The notes: a model not told the origin generated them from the sequence alone. DNA of 64,000 bases from Candidatus Omnitrophota bacterium (GCA_030632085.1 DAOVJY010000001.1:207402-271401), one strand, 5' to 3'; positions 1-10,946 are shown, counted from the first letter of the stretch. Translations and numbers: made by a program.

Positions 1-519
1 AACGTGTATGTCTTGATCGACACCTACGGCCAGCATGCCTGAATCATCTTCGCCGCTTCCATCAAGAGTTATAACATTGGCTTCATCAAACCCACTGACT
101 CTAAAAGCACTAGCTGCATGTGACATATGATGAGATATAAAAGTAAATTTCTTGTGTATAATATCCGGATCAAGCTCTTTAAAAGCAACTTTCAATTTAT
201 ACATAATTATTTTATACTCTAAAACAGACCCAATCTGCTGGATAATTCTATTGAAATTAAATTCTTTAGTTTCATCAACAATATTTTTTAAGCCATAAAC
301 CAGAGGCGAACTGAAGCCTACCGCAATATGATTAATCTTACTCATATCTATACCTGCTTCTCTAAGGCAATATTTGGTTGCCCGTATAGGAGGAATTCGG
401 GGGGCATGTTTAATACGAGTAAATCTTTCTTCTTCCGCTGCCGCTATTAATTCTCCGTCTTTAATTATACAGGCCGCACTATTCCAGGAAATTGGAGCTG
501 TAATACCTAAAATGTACAT
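1..519 (-). CDS. Carbamoyltransferase (NodU/CmcH/TobZ family), N-terminal part, truncated by window edge
   Basis: Not in ORF track. Manual translation gives MYILGITAPISWNSAACIIKDGELIAAAEEERFTRIKH...HHMSHAASAF...LDGSGE, matching the family motifs EERFxRxKH, HHxxHAASAF and DGxGE; AGGAG RBS upstream. Confidence 0.92.
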   Translation of the reverse strand, partial: MYILGITAPISWNSAACIIKDGELIAAAEEERFTRIKHAPRIPPIRATKYCLREAGIDMSKINHIAVGFSSPLVYGLKNIVDETKEFNFNRIIQQIGSVLEYKIIMYKLKVAFKELDPDIIHKKFTFISHHMSHAASAFRVSGFDEANVITLDGSGEDDSGMLAVGVDQDIHV

Positions 520-534
520 TAGTATCTCCTTTAA

Positions 535-1395
535 TTATTTTTTTGTAGCAATATATTTTAATGGGTAATAGAAACCAAAATTCCCCATACATGAAGCTAA
601 CTTTGTTAAATGCATTTTTTTTATAAGCTTTAAGACAGCGGTTCCGGCATTTGTTCTATATTTACTGTTTAAACTTATTAGGTCTTTCTTCCATTCTTTA
701 AGGCCAACATTATCAATTTTCATATCTAGTTTCCGCATAACCCGCTCTAAATACCAGGGCTTTGCAAAATTTAATGTATCTAAAAATTCTATCTTCTTGC
801 CACGCATCCTTAAGTATAATTTAGCAATTGCCTTGGGCAAGACTGGAATTAAATACATCTCATAATGAGGCTCATAAAAACATAAATAATTAGGACCCCA
901 TATAAACAATTGGCCATCTTTCTTTAAAACTCTATGGCATTCCGTAAGTAATGCTTGAATATTATCCACATGCTCCAAGACATTAAAAAATGTTATCACA
1001 TCAAATGTGTTACTTTCGAAAGGTATGCTATCTATTGTACTTTGCTTTATAATTTCCTGATTAAAACCATTTAGTTTTAATCTTTCCCTAGAAGTCTTCC
1101 ACATCAGCCCGTCAATCTCTACCCCGCTTGCATCATAAGCACCTTTTAGAGCAGCTAAAACGAAACAACCAAAGCCGGAACCTACATCCAGTATTTTTTT
1201 TCCTTTTAAGTCAATATAATCCTGAACAAGCTCCAGATGCATATTTGCATCATCTTCGTTCAGATGCGTCTTCAGGGCAAGCTCTAAGCCTAACTCCTGA
1301 TTAGAAACACCATTATAGGTGCTATTATAGTACTCGATCACAGCTTTTTCTATCTCAGAATAGGAATCTTGCTTTTGCATTGCGTCAGTTTCCAT
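535..1395 (-). CDS. Class I SAM-dependent methyltransferase
   Basis: ILDVGSGFG motif I, FDVI, VLEHV, RVLKKDG. Confidence 0.9.
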   Translation of the reverse strand: METDAMQKQDSYSEIEKAVIEYYNSTYNGVSNQELGLELALKTHLNEDDANMHLELVQDYIDLKGKKILDVGSGFGCFVLAALKGAYDASGVEIDGLMWKTSRERLKLNGFNQEIIKQSTIDSIPFESNTFDVITFFNVLEHVDNIQALLTECHRVLKKDGQLFIWGPNYLCFYEPHYEMYLIPVLPKAIAKLYLRMRGKKIEFLDTLNFAKPWYLERVMRKLDMKIDNVGLKEWKKDLISLNSKYRTNAGTAVLKLIKKMHLTKLASCMGNFGFYYPLKYIATKK

Positions 1396-1430
1396 GATTA
1401 TCCTTGTAGTACAATAATTAAATTAAATAT

Positions 1431-4400
1431 TTACCAAACTTTTCTTTTAACCAATAAAAATATAAAACAAATTATGCTAAATACGGCTGAAATCAATAAA
1501 GCAGCCCTAAAGTATGTTTGAGGCTGAAATTTGATATTTATCTTATAAGACCCAACTTTTTCTACATACCAGCCATTTGCAAATGAATTGGCAACAAAAT
1601 GGTTTTTTAACTTCCTGCCTTCAGCATAAGCACTCCACCCTGGATGAAAAGATTCTGAGAATATGAGGAAAAATGGCTTTTGACAGACAATTTCAACATT
1701 ATATTCTGTAGGATTAACGTTGCTAAAGGTAATCTCAGGATTTTGCTCTACTTGTTGATTGAGCCCTTTGCCCTTAATCTCTATTAAATAGTCCTCATCT
1801 TCTATCTGATCAACCGTTAATTCCACAACTCCTTTGGCAGCATTGAGTTGCTTCGAAAAAGACTTTCGTCCATTAAAATTTTGTGTTTCTAATTTTATCT
1901 TTTGTTTGTCTATTATTACATTTATTTCTTTAAAGTCAATAAGATTAGTGCTAATAGGATATAAAGTAATATTATAATGGCCGCCAGGAGGCTTATAAAA
2001 CTCGGTTTGAAAAAATAAATTCCCAATCTCGATATTTTTATTAATCGCAATTGAAACAGATTGTCCATTTCTAATATCAGCAGCTGCTACCTGATAGAAA
2101 GATATAATGTTTTCACTAGGATGCAATTTTATCTTTTTTAATAGGATGTCGCTAACTTGTTCTTGTTCTAAGTTATGCATTGAAGCGAGGTTATCATTAA
2201 CATATACATATAAAACCCTCTTTCTACCAAAAGCATAGGCCTGTAAAAATAGATTCGTTTCTGAAGAAGCATTATCAGAATTTTTGATAACAATATGCCT
2301 TGCCAAATTATGCTGAAGCAATTTCCAACCAGGCTTAGCAGCTATTGTTTTCTCTTGGAGATAATAACCAGCTTCGAAAGTATACTCTAAACTATTATTA
2401 CTGCTTCCCCCGGATGCTTCAGACATTTTTCCAGGCGCAGCTATCTTTGCATCTAATTTTCTAGTATCTGCAAGAGCATACCAGTCACAATTATCATAAT
2501 CAGCTGTCTCTTGCCCATCACATGCAGCTTGATAACCATCAGAAGAATAGAAAGTCACTAAGCTGCCAATCATATTCTCATGTGAAATCTTATCGTAAAA
2601 ATCCAAATCTTGATTGTTCTCAGAAAATATTAAAACCTGATTATCAATAATATCAGTATCACTTATAGGAACCAGAGCATGAAACCCGCCTCTTGTAATG
2701 GCAGCTTTATTTCTAGTGTATATATGTTTAAATAAAGGCTTGATACGGTAAAAATCCCACATCCCGAAACTTCTTTCAAAATTGATGTTGTTTTGACATT
2801 GCAGGGCTTCTTTGATAAATTGAGGATCATCTCCCAGAAAAAAAGCCGGGCCTTTGTAAAAATCATTTCTAACATCATTTTCCTGTAAGATATAACCAAT
2901 ATTAAATAAATTAAAAAGTTTGTAAACATTGGGTGTCGCTCTATCATATATACTCAACTTGATAATATCGCACATTGGCCGCGACATATTTACAGCACCC
3001 TGGGACATAAGAATATATTCCGGATCATAGGAAAAAACAACCGGCCTGTTAATAAAATTATTTATTATGGAGCCGTATCCATTATATCCCCAGGAAGATA
3101 TCCACGGACTATCTCCGGGCATATTATAAACCCTATAATAATCACTTTGGTTATTAAGCCAATCAGCTGATTCATAAACATACTCAGGTATTTTTATATG
3201 ATGAGGCGGTAAAAACGTTCTATCGCTTTTTTCATGGTACATCTTTCCTGAAAAAACCGGATAAGCATAAATAATATTTAAAAAGACTATAAGAAAAACT
3301 GCTAAATAGGCCAGCCAACTGCCCTTTCCTTTAAATTTATTGAGTAAATACGTGAATATACTCATTGAGGCCAAACCTATAAGAAAAGAAAAACTTATGC
3401 AAATTATAATTCCAAATTTAAAATAAGGGCTTCTGATAATCCACAACAAAGGAACATGTTTAACCACCCATAGATATGTAAGAGAAAATGGAAAATGCGT
3501 TCCCATGCTTAGTACAACACCAGTAATTGCAAGAAGCGAAAATAATAATCTATTTTTATTTTTCGAAAAAAACATTGCAAATAAAACCATAAGCGGCGCA
3601 AACCAGCTGAGAACAATCAACAAAATATTAGTTTGAAAAAGCTTGGAATAAGCCTGATAGGGATCGACACAACCATCATACCAGGTCCAATCCCCTTGCA
3701 GGCGGATCACATTAACAAAGCTTGTATGTAAAGAAAGATTTTTGAGCCAAAGAAAAGCTTCAGCTTTTTTTAAGACAAAAAAACCGCTATCTGCTGAACG
3801 CATTAAAGAAATAGCCTCCGGTAAAAGCCAGTATAAATTTATCACTAGAGCTGCTATCAGAAACGAAACAAAAAACAGCAGAGTTCTTTTAAGCTTTTTA
3901 AAATCCTTTAGATACAACTGCTTTATCAAAAAAAATACAAAACAAAATGCTATGGGCGAGATTACGGCTATCATTTCAGAAGGATTGTTGCCGGCGGCTC
4001 CAATAGATAAACATAACAAGGAAAGTAAACCGATATTTTTAAAGGTATACTTATCTTTTCTGATGGATACTATAATTACAGCTAGGATAAAAGGCAAAAT
4101 CGCATAACCGCTTATAAGCGGAGACTTGAAGGCTTGCCAAATAGTAGTCTGCCATAAGTTGTAGAGATAAAAAGATGCTGCACAAAAAGCAGCTATATGG
4201 CTATATTTCGTTCTTATGAGCTTATTGACGAGATAATACATTGCTATGCCCGAAAGCATAAACCAGAATATGAAACTAATTTTTTCTGTAGTAATAATAT
4301 CCAAACCATATTTTTGCAATAAGGCAGGTAATGCCTGAAATATAATGAGACAGGTATCTAGAATTCTTTCTGCACCTGCTCCCAGTTGCTCATTCCAGAC

Positions 4401-4550
4401 ATAAAATAGCTGAGACCATTTTTCATAGCTATAAGGCAAGCGCATATCATTTGAGATAATGAGCATACCTTTTTTAAACCACAAAAGAGGCGTCAGTCCT
4501 AATATTAATGTAAGGATAAAAAATAAAATATTTTCTTTTTTGGATTTCAT
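1431..4550 (-). CDS. Large polytopic membrane protein, AftD-N/YfhO-like putative GT-C glycosyltransferase with long extracytoplasmic domain and C-terminal TM anchor
   Basis: About 430 aa of hydrophobic segments, then a soluble region; C-terminal FLIFSESFHPGW...HFVANSFANGWY followed by a TM helix; paralog of 15063-18575. Confidence 0.7.
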   Translation of the reverse strand: MKSKKENILFFILTLILGLTPLLWFKKGMLIISNDMRLPYSYEKWSQLFYVWNEQLGAGAERILDTCLIIFQALPALLQKYGLDIITTEKISFIFWFMLSGIAMYYLVNKLIRTKYSHIAAFCAASFYLYNLWQTTIWQAFKSPLISGYAILPFILAVIIVSIRKDKYTFKNIGLLSLLCLSIGAAGNNPSEMIAVISPIAFCFVFFLIKQLYLKDFKKLKRTLLFFVSFLIAALVINLYWLLPEAISLMRSADSGFFVLKKAEAFLWLKNLSLHTSFVNVIRLQGDWTWYDGCVDPYQAYSKLFQTNILLIVLSWFAPLMVLFAMFFSKNKNRLLFSLLAITGVVLSMGTHFPFSLTYLWVVKHVPLLWIIRSPYFKFGIIICISFSFLIGLASMSIFTYLLNKFKGKGSWLAYLAVFLIVFLNIIYAYPVFSGKMYHEKSDRTFLPPHHIKIPEYVYESADWLNNQSDYYRVYNMPGDSPWISSWGYNGYGSIINNFINRPVVFSYDPEYILMSQGAVNMSRPMCDIIKLSIYDRATPNVYKLFNLFNIGYILQENDVRNDFYKGPAFFLGDDPQFIKEALQCQNNINFERSFGMWDFYRIKPLFKHIYTRNKAAITRGGFHALVPISDTDIIDNQVLIFSENNQDLDFYDKISHENMIGSLVTFYSSDGYQAACDGQETADYDNCDWYALADTRKLDAKIAAPGKMSEASGGSSNNSLEYTFEAGYYLQEKTIAAKPGWKLLQHNLARHIVIKNSDNASSETNLFLQAYAFGRKRVLYVYVNDNLASMHNLEQEQVSDILLKKIKLHPSENIISFYQVAAADIRNGQSVSIAINKNIEIGNLFFQTEFYKPPGGHYNITLYPISTNLIDFKEINVIIDKQKIKLETQNFNGRKSFSKQLNAAKGVVELTVDQIEDEDYLIEIKGKGLNQQVEQNPEITFSNVNPTEYNVEIVCQKPFFLIFSESFHPGWSAYAEGRKLKNHFVANSFANGWYVEKVGSYKINIKFQPQTYFRAALLISAVFSIICFIFLLVKRKVW

Positions 4551-4593
4551 TATCTTCTCATATCCGCTTAGGGACCACTATATTATGTTATTT

Positions 4594-5337
4594 TTAAGAA
4601 CCTTTTGAGGCTTCAATCCAAAGCGATCCCGCAATATTATTAATAATAGGAATCTGTTCGCAAAATTCGCCAACTTTTTTTACAAAATTAATAAGTTTAG
4701 CCGGTGTCGCCGGATGTAAAAAATCAAAATTCTTGACACAAATATTCTGCCAACCATTATCTTTAAGAAAATTATTTAATTGTGATTTCGAAAAAGCTGT
4801 TTCAGTGGGTGTTTGATGCCGCTGTCTGATAAAAGCAATATTTCTTTCTAAAAAAATCTGCGGATTAAGCATATTAGGCTCAAAAAATAGAATTCTACCA
4901 TTTTTAGTTAATACTCTTTTAATCTCACTTAAAGCCGCATTCAAATCAACGTGATGTAAAATGCCATCCCCAACAACAGCTTCAAAACTCTCATTTTTAA
5001 AAGGTAGATGAGTAAGGTCAGCACATAAATAAGTAGCAGTAACATTTTGTTTTTTGGCAATTTCAATTAAATCAGAGGTAAGGTCTATACCTGTGACTTT
5101 TAGATAATCCTTAACTGAAGAAGTTAATTCCCCCGCTCCACAACCCACCTCCAAGAGATTCTTTTTTACATTAGCTCTTTTTAAAAAATCTTTTAAGATG
5201 CTTTGCTTTCTTCTTAAGCGCCGCTTACCGGCTTTTGTGCTTTGGCCCCACCAAGAATGGCCATAGGCTTCCGCCTTAGTGCGGAAGTGTTCAGACTCAG
5301 TGGATTTATTTTGTACTATTTTATTTTCTTTTGTCAT
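4594..5337 (-). CDS. Class I SAM-dependent methyltransferase
   Basis: LLEVGCGAG, LPFKNESFE, ILHH, RVLTKNG. Confidence 0.9.
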   Translation of the reverse strand: MTKENKIVQNKSTESEHFRTKAEAYGHSWWGQSTKAGKRRLRRKQSILKDFLKRANVKKNLLEVGCGAGELTSSVKDYLKVTGIDLTSDLIEIAKKQNVTATYLCADLTHLPFKNESFEAVVGDGILHHVDLNAALSEIKRVLTKNGRILFFEPNMLNPQIFLERNIAFIRQRHQTPTETAFSKSQLNNFLKDNGWQNICVKNFDFLHPATPAKLINFVKKVGEFCEQIPIINNIAGSLWIEASKGS

Positions 5338-5372
5338 TTTTTATTTTTTGATTAATATGTACTATTCTTAAA

Positions 5373-5969
5373 TTAACTTTTTAATTTACATCTGATGACG
5401 CACAAAGCAACACTTTTTGTTCTACTTTTGAAATTGAACGTTTCTTTGATATCAAAAACCTGAGAAACTAATTTTTTATGTTCTTTTAGGCTTCGCAAAT
5501 AAACCCCCTGATCATAGCGCAATAACATCGTCTGAAAAAAATTTGATGAACTTAAATCTGCATCAACAATAATAAACTCATCGCTAATAAAACTCTTTAT
5601 TTTTTTAAAAATTTTTATATTGTCTTCGTCTGAAAAATGATGAACAGCATTTATCATAAAAGCTTTATTGAAACTATTTTCCGGGAAATTGATCATTTGT
5701 ATATCTTGATGAATAAATTTCTTTTGTTTAGAACTATATTTTTTAATTGCGTAATCAATATGGTTTTTGTCATTATCAACACCCACATATTCTCCCTTAA
5801 ACATGGAGCTGTAATATCCTATGCCGCAACAAATATCTAAAACACTATCATCCTCTTTAACATTAATTAGAGATTCAATTTTGCCCTTAAAGGTGCCGCC
5901 ATTAATAATGCACCTTATGCTATTATACAAAAATGGAATTTCTGTGATTTTAGCAATGAGTTGTTTCAT
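5373..5969 (-). CDS. Class I SAM-dependent methyltransferase
   Basis: VLDICCGIG, YVGVD, AVHHF. Confidence 0.88.
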   Translation of the reverse strand: MKQLIAKITEIPFLYNSIRCIINGGTFKGKIESLINVKEDDSVLDICCGIGYYSSMFKGEYVGVDNDKNHIDYAIKKYSSKQKKFIHQDIQMINFPENSFNKAFMINAVHHFSDEDNIKIFKKIKSFISDEFIIVDADLSSSNFFQTMLLRYDQGVYLRSLKEHKKLVSQVFDIKETFNFKSRTKSVALCVIRCKLKS

Positions 5970-6010
5970 AATTTTCTTTTCTGAAGTATTAACAAGTTAC
6001 AATAATGATA

Positions 6011-7897
6011 TCAGGCATACTTTTGATGCCATAATTGAAAAATTAAAAGAGTCCAGATTAGTTTTCGGTTATCTTTTTTCATACAAAAGTGTTCGTCTAA
6101 TATTCTTTTCACGTATTGATCATTAAAAATACCACCTCTTTTTATCTTTGAGATATCAAGGATATCTGTAATAAATGGACGCAATTCCCCATTAATCCAT
6201 TTGCCCACTGGAATACCGAAACCTTTTTTGGGTCTGTTAATAATTTCTTTCGGTAATCTTTTGTGGGCCGCTTTTTTCAAAATATATTTCGTTTTAAATT
6301 TTCTGAGCTTTAACGATGGTTCTAATCTAGAGACAAATTCCACAAATTCCTTATCTAGAAATGGCGACCTCACCTCCAGGGAATTAGCCATGCTTGCTCT
6401 ATCAACTTTAACCAATACGTCATCCTGAAGATAAAGTTTCGCATCCAGATACAAAAGCTTTTCTAATGAATCTTTTGAATTACATTTGTCCAGATGCTGT
6501 CTAATATCTTCAAATTCATCCATATTACTTAGATTTTCTCTAAAATCATCCGTAAAAAGACATTTTTTTTCTTCCGGAGAAAAAGATCCCATCCACCTGT
6601 AGTGTCTTTCCTCGGGGGAAGTTCCTAACCCAGAAACAAATTTTTTTGCTTTAAAATCAAAACTGAAATTACTAAGTGAAACCGGTAATTTGTTAACTAT
6701 TTTTTTAAACTGCGAGATAACCGACGCAGGTAATAATTTAAAATATTCAGCAGTTTTATGAGCCCCATAAGTAGGATAACCTGCAAAAAGTTCATCGCCA
6801 CCATCACCACTTAAGGCCACTTTAACATGTTTACCTGTAAAAGAAGATAAAAGATAAGTAGGTACAATTGAAGCATCAGCTAATGGTTCATCTAAAATAT
6901 CGCATATTCCGGGAATGATATCTAAAAGTTGCTTGCTGCTAAGGTGTTCTTCGAAATAATCAACGCCTAAATATTTTGCCACTTTTTTAGCATATTTACT
7001 CTCATCAAATGACTTATCATCAAAGGCTATATTAAAAGCTTTGACGCTCGCTGATGACAATTCAGACATAAGGCTAATGATGTAAGACGAATCTAGGCCA
7101 CCGCTTAAAAAAGCACCTAAACTTACATCGCTTATAAGTCTCTTTTTTACTGATTTTTTAAGTAAATTATCAAGTTCTGCTGCTGCTTCGTCTTCATTGT
7201 ACAGCTTAAAATCAGTTCTTGAAGAATATCTTATATCCCAATAAGGTTCATTTATAATTTTATCTTTAGTGATTACTAATTTATGTCCCGGCCGAACTTT
7301 TTTTATTTTTGAAAAAATTGTTGCTGGTGCCGGTACAAATTCATAAGTAAAGTATTTACTGACCGCATTGTAATCTAGCGCTTTACTAACCTTGGGGTGC
7401 TGCAGCATTGACTTTATTTCTGAAGAAAAAACAACTCCATTGTCTACAAATGAATAGTGCAACGGCTTTTGTCCCATATTATCTCGGGCTAATATTAATT
7501 TTTTTTCTCTTTCATCCCATAGAGCAATCGCAAACATGCCATCTAATTTCTTTATAAAATCTTCTCCATGTTCTTCGTAAAGATGAACAATGACCTCGGC
7601 ATCTGACTTTGTATAGAAATTGTGGGATTTATTCTGAAGGATTTGCTTTAATTCTTGATAGTTGTATATTTCGCCATTACAGACAGCCCAGATACTCTTA
7701 TCTTCACTGTGCATTGGCTGATTACCGGTTGTTAAATCTATAATACTTAAACGCCTGAAGCCCATGCCGGCAATTTTAGTTAAGTAATATCCCTCATCAT
7801 CCGGCCCACGATGAATCTGGGCCTGATTCATTTTTTTTAACGCCTTTACGTCAACGGGCGTTGCATTAAAATTAACAATACCACATATTCCACACAT
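6011..7897 (-). CDS. asnB: Asparagine synthase (glutamine-hydrolysing) family amidotransferase, probably acting on the glycan
   Basis: MCGICG N-terminus, HRGPD, RRLSIID, NGEIYN, LSGGLDSS, SGDGGDELFAGY, DRASMANSLEVR. Confidence 0.95.
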   Translation of the reverse strand: MCGICGIVNFNATPVDVKALKKMNQAQIHRGPDDEGYYLTKIAGMGFRRLSIIDLTTGNQPMHSEDKSIWAVCNGEIYNYQELKQILQNKSHNFYTKSDAEVIVHLYEEHGEDFIKKLDGMFAIALWDEREKKLILARDNMGQKPLHYSFVDNGVVFSSEIKSMLQHPKVSKALDYNAVSKYFTYEFVPAPATIFSKIKKVRPGHKLVITKDKIINEPYWDIRYSSRTDFKLYNEDEAAAELDNLLKKSVKKRLISDVSLGAFLSGGLDSSYIISLMSELSSASVKAFNIAFDDKSFDESKYAKKVAKYLGVDYFEEHLSSKQLLDIIPGICDILDEPLADASIVPTYLLSSFTGKHVKVALSGDGGDELFAGYPTYGAHKTAEYFKLLPASVISQFKKIVNKLPVSLSNFSFDFKAKKFVSGLGTSPEERHYRWMGSFSPEEKKCLFTDDFRENLSNMDEFEDIRQHLDKCNSKDSLEKLLYLDAKLYLQDDVLVKVDRASMANSLEVRSPFLDKEFVEFVSRLEPSLKLRKFKTKYILKKAAHKRLPKEIINRPKKGFGIPVGKWINGELRPFITDILDISKIKRGGIFNDQYVKRILDEHFCMKKDNRKLIWTLLIFQLWHQKYA

Positions 7898-7899
7898 AA

Positions 7900-8853
7900 T
7901 TAATCAATATTAAGTTTAGTTAAAATAACGTAAGGAGCTTTATCTTGAGATTCATGGTAGGTTCTGATGGAAATTTCACTTAAAAGGCCCATAAGAATAA
8001 ACTGAACTCCGGTTATTATACAAATGGTCATAATGAATATCATGGGACTTACCCAAGCGCCATGTAATAACAGCGCGCGAATAAGTACAAAAACACTTAC
8101 CAAAAAACCAATAAGAAACAGGAAAATTCCAATAAAACCAAAAACATATATGGGTTTTGTGGCATATCTGATAAGAAAATTAGCGGTGATTAAATCTAAA
8201 ATTACTTTAAAGGTTCTGCTTAATCCGTATTTAGTTTGCCCATGAATTCTAGGAGAATGCTCAACTTCTACCTCTGCCATTTTGGCACCCATCCAAGCAG
8301 CATACACGGCTAAAAGCCTATGCATCTCTCCGTAAAGCTTTAAGTCTGATAAAACTTCTTTGCGGTATGCCTTTAGGGTGCAACCTAAATCGTGTATGGG
8401 AATGTTGGCAAGTTTGGATATAATTTTATTTGCTATTAAGGAAGGTAAACGTTTGGTAATAAAGGGGTCCCGCCTATTTTTTCTCCAGCCACTAACAACA
8501 TCATAACCTTCATTAATTTTTTTTATTAATTTAGGAATATCATTAGGGCTATTCTGTAAGTCAGCATCCATGGTGATGATGATATCTCCCTTAGCACAAT
8601 CAACTCCGGCAGCAATAGCAATAGTTTGACCGCAATTTCTCCTTAAATTTATCCCTTTCATATTTTTATCTTTTTTTGCCACCTCGCTAATAACATTCCA
8701 GCTTTTATCAACTGAACCATCATTGACAAAAATAACCTCATATTCCATTTTGAGGCTCGGCAATATTCCCGCTAATTTATCATAAAGAATTTTTAAATCT
8801 TCTTCTTCATTATATACAGGAATAACTACTGACAAATCAAGCTTATTGCTCAT
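7900..8853 (-). CDS. GT2 polyprenol-phosphate glycosyltransferase (ArnC/GtrB-like) with two C-terminal TM helices
   Basis: VIPVYNEE, VNDGSVD, MDADLQN, GYDVVSGWR, C-terminal hydrophobic hairpin. Confidence 0.88.
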   Translation of the reverse strand: MSNKLDLSVVIPVYNEEEDLKILYDKLAGILPSLKMEYEVIFVNDGSVDKSWNVISEVAKKDKNMKGINLRRNCGQTIAIAAGVDCAKGDIIITMDADLQNSPNDIPKLIKKINEGYDVVSGWRKNRRDPFITKRLPSLIANKIISKLANIPIHDLGCTLKAYRKEVLSDLKLYGEMHRLLAVYAAWMGAKMAEVEVEHSPRIHGQTKYGLSRTFKVILDLITANFLIRYATKPIYVFGFIGIFLFLIGFLVSVFVLIRALLLHGAWVSPMIFIMTICIITGVQFILMGLLSEISIRTYHESQDKAPYVILTKLNID

Positions 8854-8906
8854 AAAAAACTCCTTGGTTTTCTATTTGAAAATACTAAAAATATTTTCTA
8901 CAATTA

Positions 8907-9941
8907 CTAATCTAAAGGTTCACAATCAGTAATTCTTACATTGCATACTTTGCCTAAATATTTACGGTATACACATTGAGTTTCAGAAGATACATCATTC
9001 TGCTTCATCCATACTTTCTGAACACCAACTGTGCCGCTTTGAGTAAGAATGTGAACTAAATCTACGTCTTTTTTCTTATAGCAGTTGAGAATTCCTTGCA
9101 CTAATAACGAATAAATTCCACGTCTCCTATATGCTTCATCGACGGCGTTCAACGTTATGTAGACTATATTCTTTGAAAATGACTTGGTAGCTTCTATATC
9201 TGCTTCCCCGCTTAAGTACCCAACCACTTTATTTTCATGAGTTGCAATAATAATTTTATTATTTGCGTTTTGCAAGGAGCTTTTATAACAACTATTTATC
9301 CATTTTTTGTAAAGAAGATCAGCTTTATCATTAGAAAGCATGGGGTCATTGTGAAATCTATCGAACCAACCGCTTTGAGGCCTAAATGACTTTTCTGTAA
9401 TTTTGCGTAAGTCTTTTAAATCGGATGGTTTGGAGAATCTCAATTTTATATTTGAATCGTAAGCTTCCGGTGTATAATTTGTTAAATTCTTAATATAAGC
9501 GCTTGTTTGAGCCATTAACAAGTATTGGTTTTCTTCAGCCGAGTGTATTAATGATATCTGATTTAAGGGCAGGCGAATGGTTATATGTTTTATTTGCTGA
9601 TGGATACAATAACTCTCTATTTCATTTAATAGAATAGACGAGTATTTCTTGTCATCTGAATAACCCGACTGGCTAACAATACCAATCTTGGCCATCTTGA
9701 ACCCAAAATGCCTGGTATCCCAATCGGAAAGCTCTACCCATCCAAATGCTTTAATTTTCCCATTGATATCTAAGGCTATAATTCTGCCGTTATTCTTTAT
9801 TTTAGAAAGTTTACTAAGAAAATATTTTACCTTCTTTTTGTTCGTTATCTCTTTACAGCTGTAAAAATTTTTGTATTTATACTCATCCAGCAGCAAAGAG
9901 AGTTTTTTTAAGGTTGAGTTATTTATTTCGATAATCTTCAT
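8907..9941 (-). CDS. GNAT acetyltransferase, WecD/RffC-like (NDP-4-amino-sugar N-acetyltransferase-like)
   Basis: WDTRHFG, DRFHND, LYKKWI, AVDEAYRRRGI acetyl-CoA motif; start moved to the ATG at 9941, 5 nt after the upstream stop. Confidence 0.8.
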   Translation of the reverse strand: MKIIEINNSTLKKLSLLLDEYKYKNFYSCKEITNKKKVKYFLSKLSKIKNNGRIIALDINGKIKAFGWVELSDWDTRHFGFKMAKIGIVSQSGYSDDKKYSSILLNEIESYCIHQQIKHITIRLPLNQISLIHSAEENQYLLMAQTSAYIKNLTNYTPEAYDSNIKLRFSKPSDLKDLRKITEKSFRPQSGWFDRFHNDPMLSNDKADLLYKKWINSCYKSSLQNANNKIIIATHENKVVGYLSGEADIEATKSFSKNIVYITLNAVDEAYRRRGIYSLLVQGILNCYKKKDVDLVHILTQSGTVGVQKVWMKQNDVSSETQCVYRKYLGKVCNVRITDCEPLD

Positions 9942-9946
9942 ACAAG

Positions 9947-10912
9947 CTAAATAATCTTTTTCTTGTAGTATTCGATTGTCTTTTTTAAGCCATCTTCCAA
10001 AGAAGTTGATGGCTCCCAATTGCAATAACTCTTAATTCTATCTATTTTTGGCACTCTTCTAGGTATATCTTCATATTTATCGCCAAACACTTCTTTATGG
10101 GAAATAAATTTAAACTCTGATTTAAAATTACCAACTTTTTTCAGCGCCTTAGCAAGCTCCAAAACTGAAACTTCTTCTGTGCGCCCTATATTGAAAACAT
10201 TCTGTTCCGCTTTTTTACAAAAGGCAACTTTTAATACTGCATCTACGGCATCGTCAACATATACATACGTTCTAGTTTGTGAGCCATCTCCATGAATTGT
10301 GACAGGTTCATTCATCAAAAACTGTTTTAAAAATATAGGAATAACTCTCCCTGAGCCTAAATCATCCAGCTTTGGGCCGTAGACATTAAAAAAACGAACC
10401 ATAGCGAAAGGCAGGCCTTCGTGCTGATGATAGGCATAAAGATAATGTTCTGCTGTCGCCTTTGCAGATGAATAACACCACCTATTTATAGCAGTTGAAC
10501 CCAAAACCCTATCATCATCTTCCGCCCAAGGAGTTTTTGGATTCCTGCCATAAATTTCTGAAGTTGAGGCAAAAATAACTTTTGTTTTATCTTGAGCAGC
10601 CAACTTTAAAATATTGAGCGTTGCCTGTAAATCAATCTCAAGCACAGTTAGGGGCTCTTGCACATATCTTTTCGGATCGGCGATAGCCGCAAAATGAAAA
10701 ACCATATCAGCCTTTTTGACTTCTCTCTGCATTAGGTCTCTATCTAAAACAGAACCCTGAATAAACTGAAAATCTTTATTATCCATAAGATATTCTACTT
10801 TTGAACCATCTGACATATCAAGAGCAATGACATTATGCCCCTTTTTTAAGAGTTTTTCACATAAATATGAACCTAAAAAACCAGCTCCACCTGTAATTAA
10901 TATTCTTTCCAT
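9947..10912 (-). CDS. Extended SDR NAD-dependent epimerase/decarboxylase (ArnA-dehydrogenase / UDP-GlcA decarboxylase-like)
   Basis: ITGGAGFLG, ASTSEIYG, RWCYSSAK (YxxxK), RFFNVYGP. Confidence 0.85.
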   Translation of the reverse strand: MERILITGGAGFLGSYLCEKLLKKGHNVIALDMSDGSKVEYLMDNKDFQFIQGSVLDRDLMQREVKKADMVFHFAAIADPKRYVQEPLTVLEIDLQATLNILKLAAQDKTKVIFASTSEIYGRNPKTPWAEDDDRVLGSTAINRWCYSSAKATAEHYLYAYHQHEGLPFAMVRFFNVYGPKLDDLGSGRVIPIFLKQFLMNEPVTIHGDGSQTRTYVYVDDAVDAVLKVAFCKKAEQNVFNIGRTEEVSVLELAKALKKVGNFKSEFKFISHKEVFGDKYEDIPRRVPKIDRIKSYCNWEPSTSLEDGLKKTIEYYKKKII

Positions 10913-10946
10913 CTAATTCCTCCGCATCTATTGTTATTTGAGATGA

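Noticed and set aside
374-568. Plus-strand 64-aa ORF
   Set aside because: Antisense shadow of the carbamoyltransferase CDS
9942-10025. ORF-track N-terminal extension of the GNAT
   Set aside because: Overlaps the upstream SDR; the ATG at 9941 fits operon spacing
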